A stretch of 64,000 nucleotides of DNA, from positions 83,840 to 147,839 of the forward strand of contig JANRJV010000011.1 of NCBI GenBank assembly GCA_033763795.1, given 5' to 3'. A model generated the notes under the pieces. The model did no database searches. It had not been told where the DNA came from and saw only the letters and a list, made by a program, of their open reading frames with translations. Below, in pieces: positions 20,181-29,176 of the stretch. Position 1 is the stretch's first letter. Every line of letters starts with the position of its first letter. Made by a program: the position numbers and the translations under genes. This DNA is from Planctomycetota bacterium. GTDB taxonomy: Bacteria; Planctomycetota; Phycisphaerae; Phycisphaerales; UBA1924.

Positions 20181-20864
20181 TCAGCTCGCCCCGCCCAGGC
20201 CCTCGATCGCGTCCAGCAGCCAGTCCGCGAACGCGCTCTTGGCGATGCACCCCGGCGTTCCCATGGGCGGGCCGTCCCCGGTTACCAGCCACGCCTCGAC
20301 CGTCGCCGAGTCCATCGTCTCCAGCGGGTTGGCCACGATCGCGTCGACCCGCTTGCGCGCCAGCTTCCGCCGCGCCGACTCCAGCAGCGCCGACCGCGGC
20401 TCGAGCGCGAAGCCGACGATCCGTTGCCCCGGACGCCGCCGCGCCGCGCACCCCGCCAGAAGATCGGGTGTCGCCACCAGCTCCAGCGTCATCCCCGACT
20501 CCGTCCGCCGCAGCTTCTCTCCCGCCATCCCGGGCGAAACCGCGGGCCGATAGTCCGCGACCGCGGCCGCCATGACGAGCACGTCGCACGCCGGGAACTC
20601 GCTCCGCAGCAGTTCATCCAGATCGCTTGTGGTTCGGAAGCGCCGCAGCATCACGCGCCCGTCCGCCGGAGCGAGCGAGGTCGGCCCCAGCAGCAGGGTC
20701 GTCGCGTAGCCGCGCCGCGCCGCCGAGTCGGCCAGCTCGATCCCCAGCCGCCCCGACGACCGGTTGGCGAGGTATCGCACGGAATCCAGTGGTTCCTGCG
20801 TGGGCCCGGCCGTGATGAGCATCCGGCGGGCGCCCTGCTCCGGGATGTCTGCTTGCTGGGACAC
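20181..20864 (-). CDS. coaB: Phosphopantothenate--cysteine ligase domain protein (CoaB half of CoaBC, stand-alone)
   Basis: MLITAGPTQEPLDSVRYLANRSSGRLG..AAAVADYRP matches the DFP/CoaB motifs. At 227 aa it has no flavoprotein (CoaC) half. Confidence 0.7.
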   Translation of the reverse strand: MSQQADIPEQGARRMLITAGPTQEPLDSVRYLANRSSGRLGIELADSAARRGYATTLLLGPTSLAPADGRVMLRRFRTTSDLDELLRSEFPACDVLVMAAAVADYRPAVSPGMAGEKLRRTESGMTLELVATPDLLAGCAARRRPGQRIVGFALEPRSALLESARRKLARKRVDAIVANPLETMDSATVEAWLVTGDGPPMGTPGCIAKSAFADWLLDAIEGLGGAS

Positions 20865-21042
20865 GGATGGAACCGGCCTGCGGATAGGAAGCGGTGCGGG
20901 TACTCTACCCCTCCTTCAAGATGCCGCCCGGCGGTCGGGCGTTTCGGGCTCCCGGGCCACCCGCCCGCCGGAGCCCGGGGAAGGAGACCAGGGCATCTTC
21001 GCCCACGCCCGACTCCGCTCCGAAGACCCCACCTCTCCACCC

Positions 21043-22758
21043 ATGGCAATGACCCGGAAAAAGCTCGGCGAGATCCTCGTCTCCGCGGGCAACATCACGC
21101 CTGAACAGCTCGCCGCCGCCCTCGCAGCCCAGAAGGGCTCGGGCAAGCGCATCGGCGAGGTCCTCATCGACCAGGGCGCCGCCAAGGAAGACGACGTCGC
21201 CCGCGCCCTCGCCAAGCAGTTCGGCTTCGAGTACGTCGACCCCGCCGACCCCAAGATCGCCGCCAGCGTCGACCTCAAGGCCATCCCCGACGAGCTCGTC
21301 AAGAAGCACCTGATCCTGCCCATGGGCAAGGACAAGGGCAAGCTGCGCCTCATCGTCCACGATCCCAAGGACCTGGAACTGCTCGACATGCTCCGCTTCC
21401 GCCTGAACGCGGAGCTGGACATCCGCCTGGCCTCGCGGGGCCGCATCAAGATGTTCCTCGAGCAGAAGGGCGAGAAGCCCCGCATGGTCGAGCCAACGGG
21501 CTCGCTCGTCACCAGCTCCATCGACAAGTCGATGGACAAGAGCGTCGACAGCTCGATCGACCAGGCCGCCGAGAGCGCCCCGATCATCAAGCTCTGCTCG
21601 CGCATTATCATCGAGGCGGTCAAGGGACGCGCCTCGGACATCCACATCGAACCGATGGCCGACCGCGTGCGCCTCCGCTACCGCATCGACGGCGTGTGCA
21701 TCGAGCGCGACAACCTCCCCAAGCGCATGCAGAACGCCGTCCTCACCCGCTTCAAGCTGATGGCCGGCATGAACATCGCCGAGAAGCGGGTCCCCCAGGA
21801 CGGCCGCATCAAGATGCCCATCGATGACAAGGTCATCGACTTCCGCGTCTCCGCCTGTCCCGCCTACCACGGCGAGTCCGTCGTCCTCCGCGTCCTCCGC
21901 CCAGACTCGGTCCGCCTGGGCCTCGAGAACATCGGCTTCGAGGCCGACAACCTCGAAGTCTTCCACAAGATCATCCGCAGGCCCAACGGCATCTTCCTCG
22001 TCACCGGGCCCACGGGCTCGGGCAAGACCACCACCCTCTACTCCGCCCTCGACATCCTCAACCGCCCCGACAAGAAGATCATCACCGCCGAAGACCCCAT
22101 CGAGTACGCCTTCACTGGCATCAACCAGTGTCAGGTCCGCGAGTCGATCGGGCTCACCTTCGCCAGCGTGCTCCGCGCCATGCTCCGCCAGGCGCCCAAC
22201 ATCATCCTCGTCGGCGAGATCCGCGATAAGGAAGTCGCCGAGGTCGCCATCCAGGCCGCCCTCACCGGCCACCTCGTCTTCTCCACCCTCCACACCAACG
22301 ACGCCCCCAGCGCCATCACCCGACTCATCGACATGGGCGTCAAGCCCTTCCTCGTCGCCTCGTCCATCCAGGCGGTCCTCGCCCAGCGGCTCATCCGCAT
22401 CCTCTGCCCCAAGTGCAAGCAGGAGGACCCCGCTCCGGACCCCAAGTTCCTCAAGCTCGTGGGCATCACGGACGAGGACCGCGCACGCCACACCATCTTC
22501 CGCGCCGTGGGCTGCGACGCCTGCAACGGGACCGGCTACCGCGGCCGCCGCGCCATCTTCGAGCTCATGTCCATGAACTCCGAGATCCGCGACCTCGCCT
22601 TCAGAAAAGAGCCCGTCAGCCTCATCCGCCGCGCCGCCATCGCCAACGGCATGCGCACCCTCGTCTACGACGGCAAGCTCAAGATCCTCAAAGGCCTCAC
22701 CACCCCCGACGAGATCGCCCGCATGGCCCAGGTCGAGGGCGTCCCCGCCGCCGACTGA
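21043..22758 (+). CDS. GspE/PilB-type type IV filament assembly ATPase with tandem MshEN-type N-terminal motifs
   Basis: Walker A VTGPTGSGKTTTLYSAL. Asp box and Walker B ILVGEIRD. His box TGHLVFSTLHTND. Tetracysteine CPKCK...CDACNGTGYRGR. ATG at 21043 (MAMTRKKLGEIL). The track start at 20764 is a spurious extension. Confidence 0.9.
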   Translation: MAMTRKKLGEILVSAGNITPEQLAAALAAQKGSGKRIGEVLIDQGAAKEDDVARALAKQFGFEYVDPADPKIAASVDLKAIPDELVKKHLILPMGKDKGKLRLIVHDPKDLELLDMLRFRLNAELDIRLASRGRIKMFLEQKGEKPRMVEPTGSLVTSSIDKSMDKSVDSSIDQAAESAPIIKLCSRIIIEAVKGRASDIHIEPMADRVRLRYRIDGVCIERDNLPKRMQNAVLTRFKLMAGMNIAEKRVPQDGRIKMPIDDKVIDFRVSACPAYHGESVVLRVLRPDSVRLGLENIGFEADNLEVFHKIIRRPNGIFLVTGPTGSGKTTTLYSALDILNRPDKKIITAEDPIEYAFTGINQCQVRESIGLTFASVLRAMLRQAPNIILVGEIRDKEVAEVAIQAALTGHLVFSTLHTNDAPSAITRLIDMGVKPFLVASSIQAVLAQRLIRILCPKCKQEDPAPDPKFLKLVGITDEDRARHTIFRAVGCDACNGTGYRGRRAIFELMSMNSEIRDLAFRKEPVSLIRRAAIANGMRTLVYDGKLKILKGLTTPDEIARMAQVEGVPAAD

Positions 22759-22866
22759 TCGGCGCGTCGCTCAACGCCCCGCCCGCCGGCCTGAATATGG
22801 TTCGTCTCACCCTCGGCGTCACGCCGCTCGCCGCCGCGTCCGCCGAACACATCCGAGAGTGCCCCC

Positions 22867-23985
22867 ATGTCGACCATGCAGATCGACCGTCTCCTCGACA
22901 CCGTCATCAAGCTCAACGCCTCGGACCTGCACCTCACAGTGGGCAGAAAGCCCACGCTCCGCCTCCACGGCGGCCTCAAGAACCTCGACACCAAGGTCCT
23001 CGACTCCGATGACATGGTGACCCTCATGAAGGCCATCACCCCCGAGCGCTCCCAGCAGGAACTGCAGGAAGTGGGGGGCTGCGACTTCGGCTTCGCCTAC
23101 GGCACCGAGGGCCGCTTCCGCGTCTCGGTCTTCCGCCAGCGTGGCGACCTGGCCATCGTCTGCCGACTCATCCCCAACAAGCTGCTCACCTTCGAGCAGA
23201 TCGGCCTCCCCGAGATGTGCCGCGAGCTCATCCGCCGACCCCGCGGCATGTTCCTCGTCACCGGGCCCACCGGCTCGGGCAAGACGACCTCGCTCGCCAC
23301 CATGATCGACTACATCAACATGAACTACGAGAAGCACATCATCACGATGGAAGACCCCATCGAGTACTACCACTATCACAAGAAGGGCATCATCAACCAG
23401 CGCGAGGTGGGCAACGACGTCCCCAGCTTCTCCGAAGCCCTCCGCCGCGCCCTCCGCCAGAACCCCGACACCATCCTCGTCGGTGAAATGCGCGACCTCG
23501 AGACCATCGAGGCCGCCATGCGTGCCGCCGAGACCGGCCACCTCGTCTTCGGCACCCTCCACACCACAGGCGCCGCCAAGACCATCGACCGAATCGTCGA
23601 CGCCTTCCCCGTCACCCAGCAGAACCAGATCCGCGTCCAGCTCTCGACCGCCCTCCTGTGCGTCCTCAGCCAGGTGCTCCTCCCCCGGGTGGACACCAAG
23701 GGCATGGTCGCCGCCTACGAGTTCCTCGTGGTAACCCCCGCCATCGCCAACCTCATCCGCGACAACAAATCTTTCCGAATCGACTCGGCCATCCAGACCG
23801 GGAAGAAGTTCGGCATGCAGCTCCTCGACGAGCACCTCTGGTCGCTTTACACCTCGGGCAAGATCGCCGCCGAGGAGATGGTCGACAAGGCCAAGAACCC
23901 CATCGACTTGCGCGACCGCGTCCACAAGATGGGCCGCCAGGTCGGCCGCGCCGAGCTCGACATCGTCGAAGAGAAGTCCGGTTGA
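22867..23985 (+). CDS. pilT: PilT-type retraction ATPase (twitching motility protein)
   Basis: LNASDLHLTVGRKPTLRLHG, VTGPTGSGKTTSLATMIDYIN, ILVGEMRDLETI, ETGHLVFGTLHTTGA and the ~370 aa size are typical of PilT. It has no N-terminal GspE domain. Confidence 0.9.
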   Translation: MSTMQIDRLLDTVIKLNASDLHLTVGRKPTLRLHGGLKNLDTKVLDSDDMVTLMKAITPERSQQELQEVGGCDFGFAYGTEGRFRVSVFRQRGDLAIVCRLIPNKLLTFEQIGLPEMCRELIRRPRGMFLVTGPTGSGKTTSLATMIDYINMNYEKHIITMEDPIEYYHYHKKGIINQREVGNDVPSFSEALRRALRQNPDTILVGEMRDLETIEAAMRAAETGHLVFGTLHTTGAAKTIDRIVDAFPVTQQNQIRVQLSTALLCVLSQVLLPRVDTKGMVAAYEFLVVTPAIANLIRDNKSFRIDSAIQTGKKFGMQLLDEHLWSLYTSGKIAAEEMVDKAKNPIDLRDRVHKMGRQVGRAELDIVEEKSG

Positions 23986-24087
23986 TGATCGGGTTCCCGA
24001 TCGGCCCGCTCGCCGGCATCTGATCGGTATCTGGGTGTATCGCCAGACGGGTGTCGTGACGATAAGGTATTGTGTTTTCACAACCTA

Positions 24088-24103
24088 TGGTGCATCCTCT
24101 GCA
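24088..24103 (+). promoter_or_regulatory. Candidate sigma-54 (-24/-12) promoter upstream of the second PilB-type ATPase gene
   Basis: TGGTGCATCCTCTGCA versus the consensus TGGCACG-N4-TTGCA, with the GG-N10-GC spacing exact. It sits 74 nt upstream of the ATG at 24177, in the only AT-rich patch of the pilT-pilB spacer. A 5-bp inverted repeat TTGTG-TTTT-CACAA lies at 24070-24083. Confidence 0.35.
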
Positions 24104-24176
24104 GAACCGCTGCGGATAGTCGCTGCCGATCCGGGCCTGATCGGCGATCCCGCGGAAGCGCGTTCTCGGAAGCACC

Positions 24177-25940
24177 ATGCACGTCGATCCATCCGAACTC
24201 AAGCAACGCAAGATCGGACGCATCCTCACCAAGCTGGGGAAGGTGTCGCGCGAGACCGTGCACGAAGCGCTCGCCATCCAGCAGAGCCGGCAGGTGAAGG
24301 TCCTGCTGGGTCAACTGCTCGTCGAGCTCGGGCACATCACCCAGCGCGACGTCAACGAAGCCCTCGCCGGTCAGGCGGGAATGGCCTACGTCGATCTTGA
24401 CGCCTTCCAGCTCGATGACCAGACCAAGGCGTCGCTCCCCGCCCAGACCGCGCTCGCCTATCAGGTCATCCCCATCGCGTTCGATCCCAAGACGCGCTCG
24501 ATCAAGATCGCGCTCAAGTCTCCCCAGAACTTCCGCGCGGTCGACGACCTCCGCACCCTGATGGGCTTCAAGGTCGAGGCCGTTGTGGCGGACGACAAGA
24601 AGGTCGACGAGCTCCTCCAGAAGCACTACGCGGGGCAGCGGGCCTCCGTGGGCGACCTCGTCAGCGAGATGGCCTCCGACGCCAAGCTCTCCAAGCTCGC
24701 CAAGACCGGGGCGGCGGCCGGGGCCGCGGGCGGCGCGTCCATCGACCTCGACGCCGTCATGGACGCGGCTCAGGACAACAAGGTCATCCAGCTCCTGAAC
24801 CTCGTCCTCCTGCAGGCCATCAAGGACAAGGCCTCCGACATCCACTTCGAGCCCTTCGAGGACGAGTTCAAGATGCGCTACCGCATCGACGGCGTCCTCT
24901 ACGAGATGGTCCCGCCCCCCAAGCACCTGGGCCCCGCCATCACCAGCCGCGTCAAGGTCATGGCGAACCTCGACATCGCCGAACGCCGACTCCCCCAGGA
25001 CGGCCGCGTCGAGCTCACCGTCGGCGGAAACCCCGTCGACCTCCGCGTCGCCGTCCTCCCCACGATGTACGGCGAGAGCGTCGTCATGCGCGTCCTCGAC
25101 AGATCAAACGTCGAGCTCTCGCTCGACCGCGTCGGGCTCTCTCCCGAAAACCTGGAGATCGTCCGCTCCGTCATCAACCGCCCCAACGGGATCGTCATCG
25201 TCACGGGCCCCACCGGCTCGGGCAAGACGACCACGCTCTACGCCGCCCTCGCCGAGCTCAACGACGTCGAGACCAAGATCCTCACCGCCGAGGACCCCGT
25301 CGAGTACGACATCGACGGGCTCGTCCAGTGCCAGATCAACAACGAGGCGGGCCTGACCTTCGCCAAGTGCCTCCGCAGCTTCCTCCGCCAGGACCCCGAC
25401 ATCATCCTCGTCGGTGAGATCCGCGACCTCGAGACCGCGCAGATCGCCGTGCAGGCCTCGCTGACGGGCCACCTCGTCTTCTCCACGCTGCACACCAACG
25501 ACGCCCCCAGCTCCATCGTCCGTCTGCTGGACCTGGGGCTCGAGGCGTTCCTCCTGACCGCGACGATCGAGGCGATCATCGCCCAGCGACTGGTCCGCAC
25601 CGTCTGCCCCAAGTGCCGCGAGGCCTACGACCCGACCGAGGAGCAGCTGATGGAGCTGGACCTCAGCCCGCAGGCCGTGCTGGGCAAGAAGTTCTTCCGG
25701 GGCAGAGGCTGCGACAACTGCCACGGCTCGGGGTACCGCGGCCGGACCGCGCTCTTCGAGATCATGGCCATGGACGACACGCTCCGCGACCTCGTGATGA
25801 AGCAGGCGAGCACCGCCGTCATCAAGGACGAGGCCCGCAAGCGCGGCATGCGCACGCTCCGCGAATCGGGGCTGCGCGCCATCTACGAGGGTCTCACAAC
25901 GATCGACGAGGTCGTGCGCGAGACGGTGCTGGAAGACTAA
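24177..25940 (+). CDS. pilB: PilB/GspE-type type IV filament assembly ATPase (second paralogue)
   Basis: N-terminal T2SSE_N/MshEN-like repeats. VTGPTGSGKTTTLYAAL, ILVGEIRDLETA, TGHLVFSTLHTND, CPKCRE...CDNCHGSGYRGR. Confidence 0.9.
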   Translation: MHVDPSELKQRKIGRILTKLGKVSRETVHEALAIQQSRQVKVLLGQLLVELGHITQRDVNEALAGQAGMAYVDLDAFQLDDQTKASLPAQTALAYQVIPIAFDPKTRSIKIALKSPQNFRAVDDLRTLMGFKVEAVVADDKKVDELLQKHYAGQRASVGDLVSEMASDAKLSKLAKTGAAAGAAGGASIDLDAVMDAAQDNKVIQLLNLVLLQAIKDKASDIHFEPFEDEFKMRYRIDGVLYEMVPPPKHLGPAITSRVKVMANLDIAERRLPQDGRVELTVGGNPVDLRVAVLPTMYGESVVMRVLDRSNVELSLDRVGLSPENLEIVRSVINRPNGIVIVTGPTGSGKTTTLYAALAELNDVETKILTAEDPVEYDIDGLVQCQINNEAGLTFAKCLRSFLRQDPDIILVGEIRDLETAQIAVQASLTGHLVFSTLHTNDAPSSIVRLLDLGLEAFLLTATIEAIIAQRLVRTVCPKCREAYDPTEEQLMELDLSPQAVLGKKFFRGRGCDNCHGSGYRGRTALFEIMAMDDTLRDLVMKQASTAVIKDEARKRGMRTLRESGLRAIYEGLTTIDEVVRETVLED

Positions 25941-25980
25941 CGGTCTGGCCGCGCCTGCCAGCGGCCCGGAGTGACAAGGG

Positions 25981-27255
25981 ATGCCTACGTTCCAGTACGA
26001 GGCCCTCGATAAGTCGGGCAAGCGTCAGAAGGGCACCGTGGAGGCCGCCAGCAGCGAGGAGGCCATCCAGCGGATCAAGCTCCAGCAGCTGTACCCCACG
26101 ACGGTCAGCGAGGTGAAGGGGAAGAAGTCGGGCAAGGCGGCCCCCGCCCCCGTCAAGAAGAAGAAGGGCGGCTTCAGCATCGGCCGCGTCAAGGCCAAGC
26201 AGCTCACCGTCTTCACACGCCAGCTCTCCACCCTGCAGGACGCCGGCCTCCCGCTCCTCCGCTCGCTGCAGATCCTCGAAGCGCAGCAGCGCCCAGGGAA
26301 GCTCAAGACCGTCCTCCTGGGCGTCGTGGAAGAGGTCGAGGGCGGCGCGTCGCTCTCCGAAGCCATGAGCAAGCAGCCCAAGGGCTTCGACACCCTCTAC
26401 TGCAAGATGGTCGCCGCGGGCGAGGTCGGCGGCGTGCTCGACGTCATCCTCCAGCGACTCGCCGACTTCATGGAGAAGGCCCAGCGACTCAAGAGCAAGG
26501 TCGTCGGCGCCATGATCTACCCCGTCGCCGTCATCATCGTCGCCCTCGCGATCGTGACCGGCATCATGTACTTCATCATCCCGAAGTTCCAGGAGATCTT
26601 CGCGGACTTCGGCGTCGAGCTGCCCCTCCTCACCAACCTGCTCATCCGCGCCAGCGATTGGGTCGCCGGCAACTATCCCACCAAGGGCGCCATGATGATG
26701 CCCGGCGCCGTCTACCTCGCCGCCGCTCCCTTCGTCATCTTCTTCGTGCTCAAGATGGTCCGCAAGACCAAGTACGGCAAGGCCTTCCTCGACTCGCTCC
26801 TGCTGTTCATCCCCGTCATCGGGCCGCTGGTCCGCAAGACCGTCATCGCCCGCTTCACGCGCACGCTGGGAACGCTCGTCGCCGCGGGCGTCCCCATCCT
26901 CGAAGCCGTCACCATCACCAAGGAGACCAGCGGCAACTACGTCTTCGAGAAGGCGCTCGGCAAGGTCCACGACTCCATCCGCGAGGGCGAGAGCTTCGCC
27001 GGGCCCCTCCGCGAGTCGAAGACCTGCGACGCCATCGTCGTCAACATGATCGACGTCGGCGAAGAGACCGGCGACCTCGACACCATGCTCCTCAAGATCG
27101 CCGACAACTACGACGAGGAGGTCGACATCGCCGTCGGCGGCCTCATCAAGCTCATCGAGCCCATGCTCGTCGTCGGTCTGGGCGGCCTGATCGGAACCAT
27201 CGTCGTCGCCATGTTCCTCCCACTCGTCGCCATGATCGAGAGCCTCCAGAAGTGA
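25981..27255 (+). CDS. pilC: PilC/GspF-type inner-membrane platform protein
   Basis: 424 aa with two T2SSF-type repeats (FTRQLSTLQDAGLPLLRSL.. and FTRTLGTLVAAGVPILEAV..), three TM segments, and NMIDVGEETGDLDTML. Confidence 0.9.
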   Translation: MPTFQYEALDKSGKRQKGTVEAASSEEAIQRIKLQQLYPTTVSEVKGKKSGKAAPAPVKKKKGGFSIGRVKAKQLTVFTRQLSTLQDAGLPLLRSLQILEAQQRPGKLKTVLLGVVEEVEGGASLSEAMSKQPKGFDTLYCKMVAAGEVGGVLDVILQRLADFMEKAQRLKSKVVGAMIYPVAVIIVALAIVTGIMYFIIPKFQEIFADFGVELPLLTNLLIRASDWVAGNYPTKGAMMMPGAVYLAAAPFVIFFVLKMVRKTKYGKAFLDSLLLFIPVIGPLVRKTVIARFTRTLGTLVAAGVPILEAVTITKETSGNYVFEKALGKVHDSIREGESFAGPLRESKTCDAIVVNMIDVGEETGDLDTMLLKIADNYDEEVDIAVGGLIKLIEPMLVVGLGGLIGTIVVAMFLPLVAMIESLQK

Positions 27256-28382
27256 TCCCCCGTCACCGAGCGACAACCCCCGCCCCCGCCCGCGCCGCGC
27301 GCGGCTTCACGATCATCGAGCTGATCGTCGTCGTGGGCATCATCGCCGTCATCGCGGGGATCCTGCTCGCGACCTTCGGCCGGGTCCGCAACGCCTCCCA
27401 GCGCGGCGCCGACGAACGCTTCAACTCCACCATCGGGCAGGCGGTCCAGGCCTTCGAGCGCGATCTCCGCTACCTCCCGCCCCTGCTCATCCCCCGAGCC
27501 GCCGCGCTCGCGGACGTCGTCGCCGTGGGCGAGCTCACCCCCGGCAACAACGCCGAGGTCGGGGTCCCCGACGCCATGTTCTCAACCCCCGCGGACCTGC
27601 GCACCGCGCTCGACCGCGCCCGCTACGGCAGCGAGTTCTCACTCGCCGCCTACCTCATGGGAACCGGAGACATCAACAACTCCGAGGCCACCGCCGACGA
27701 AACGCTGGGCCGCAACGACGACGAGGACGACGGCCTCGCCGGCCCCGGCATCCGCGACCCCGGGCCCGACCGCTCGTGGGGCGGCGCCGCCGACCGCGTC
27801 GCTCAGCGCAACACCCCGGGCAGTGCCATCAAGACCGGCCGCACCTTCGGCCCGTACCTCGACCCCGCCCAGCTCGCCGGCAACATCAAGCTCGACACAC
27901 GCACCGGCCTCTTCAAGTTCGTCGACGCCCACGGCCAGCCCGTCCGCTACTACACGGGCTGGCCCAAGCGCTCCCGCACCGGCGGCCAGCCCCAGCCCAG
28001 CATCGATCACACGCCCATCGAGCTCCGCACCGCCGCGGCCGTCGAAGCACAGATCGACGCCGGCGGCACCCCCAACCTCGACCTCGAGCGCGGCGTCTTC
28101 AACGCTCCGTTCATGATCGTCTCCGCCGGCAAGCCCCAGGCCTTCGAGCCCAACGGAACAGCCATCCCATTCTTCGGCGACCGCAAGCGCGACGCCGCCG
28201 AACTCTCCGCCGCACTCGCCCTCATCGATTACGGGGCCAACCGCCCCTTCAACATCGGCGATCTCTCGCTCATCAACGAGTGCGACACGGCGTGGGTCCC
28301 CCCCGGAGAGCTCACGGGCGAAACCGAGGAGCGCCAGACCCTCCTCGACGATCTGCTCTCCAACGTGAGGTTCGTGCCGTGA
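27252..28382 (+). CDS. Prepilin-type protein 1, GspG-like pseudopilin with large insertions (376 aa)
   Basis: The GTG at 27252 overlaps the pilC stop (GTGA). N-terminal class III signal ARGFTIIELIVVVGIIAVIAGIL has G-1, F+1 and E+5. C-terminal GPYLD...VRYY...MIVSAGKP resembles the GspG core. Confidence 0.7.
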   Translation: MIPRHRATTPAPARAARGFTIIELIVVVGIIAVIAGILLATFGRVRNASQRGADERFNSTIGQAVQAFERDLRYLPPLLIPRAAALADVVAVGELTPGNNAEVGVPDAMFSTPADLRTALDRARYGSEFSLAAYLMGTGDINNSEATADETLGRNDDEDDGLAGPGIRDPGPDRSWGGAADRVAQRNTPGSAIKTGRTFGPYLDPAQLAGNIKLDTRTGLFKFVDAHGQPVRYYTGWPKRSRTGGQPQPSIDHTPIELRTAAAVEAQIDAGGTPNLDLERGVFNAPFMIVSAGKPQAFEPNGTAIPFFGDRKRDAAELSAALALIDYGANRPFNIGDLSLINECDTAWVPPGELTGETEERQTLLDDLLSNVRFVP

Positions 28383-29176
28383 TGACGACCCACCCTCCCG
28401 TCAGCATGCGCCCCCGCGCCCGCCGGGCCTTCACGCTCATCGAGATCCTCGTTGTCGCGGCGGTCATCGTCGTCCTGCTCGCGATCGTCGCGGGCGTAGG
28501 CGTCGCCGTTCTCAACCGCCAGCAGGGGACCGCCACGTCGCAGGTCCTCTCGACGCTCGACCGCGCCCTCGACGAATACATGCAGACCGCCGGCAACGGC
28601 GCTCCCCCCAAGTACTCCCGCGCCGACTACGTCGAAGTCCCGGGCCCGTCGGTCGTCCTGGGCGATTCCAAGTACTTCCGCGACTTCGGCTCCGCCGGCA
28701 CCTCCTACCCCATCCGCCCCGACGCCGCCGTCTTCGTCCGCCAGACCATCGGCGCCGGCCGCGTGCAGGACATCATTCAAGGCATAGGCGAGCGCTTCCT
28801 CCGCCTCACCACAACCCCCGGCCAGGGCGCCGTCTCGGGCCGCGACATCGACCCCACTCCGTCCATCGTCGACCTCTGGGCCAAGGAGGACTGGGTCGCC
28901 CCCTTCGACCCCGCCACAAGCTCGGGCGACACCAACCAGTCGCTCATCTACTACGTCCATCCCAACAACCTGCTCGCCCAGGAGCTCTACGGACGCTGCG
29001 TCAACGGCCGGCCCTACTTCATGTCCGCCGGGCCCGACCGGAAGTACGGCCTGCGCTCCGAGTTCCCCGCCAGCGCCACAAAGGACGAGGTCGAGAACGC
29101 CCTCAAGGACAACGTCTACTCCTACGCCGTCGGACCCGCCAACCTCACGCAGGACTTCTTCGACGGGTACCGCTGA
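28382..29176 (+). CDS. Prepilin-type protein 2, GspG-like pseudopilin (264 aa)
   Basis: The ATG overlaps the upstream stop by 1 nt (TGATG). RRAFTLIEILVVAAVIVVLLAIV carries E+5. C-terminal DLWAKEDW...IYYVHP...YFMSAGPDRKYG resembles the GspG DpWG..Y.Y...S.GpDG motif. Confidence 0.7.
   Translation: MTTHPPVSMRPRARRAFTLIEILVVAAVIVVLLAIVAGVGVAVLNRQQGTATSQVLSTLDRALDEYMQTAGNGAPPKYSRADYVEVPGPSVVLGDSKYFRDFGSAGTSYPIRPDAAVFVRQTIGAGRVQDIIQGIGERFLRLTTTPGQGAVSGRDIDPTPSIVDLWAKEDWVAPFDPATSSGDTNQSLIYYVHPNNLLAQELYGRCVNGRPYFMSAGPDRKYGLRSEFPASATKDEVENALKDNVYSYAVGPANLTQDFFDGYR

Noticed and set aside
20181-20864. Stand-alone CoaB as a possible pseudogene or fragment of coaBC
   Set aside because: The ORF is intact with a complete CoaB domain and a plausible start. 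Split coaB/coaC genes occur naturally. Nothing in the sequence indicates decay.
20764-21042. 93-codon N-terminal extension of the first GspE-type ATPase as given in the track
   Set aside because: The extension overlaps the divergent coaB 5' end and the promoter region. It also has poor composition. The ATG at 21043 begins exactly at the conserved MshEN-type domain.
26658-27251. Upstream parts of track ORFs 26658.., 27776.. and 29718.. that would make the pseudopilins much longer
   Set aside because: These parts lie in alternative frames of the preceding genes. Prepilin signal peptides sit just after the preceding stop codons, and in-frame starts there overlap those stops.
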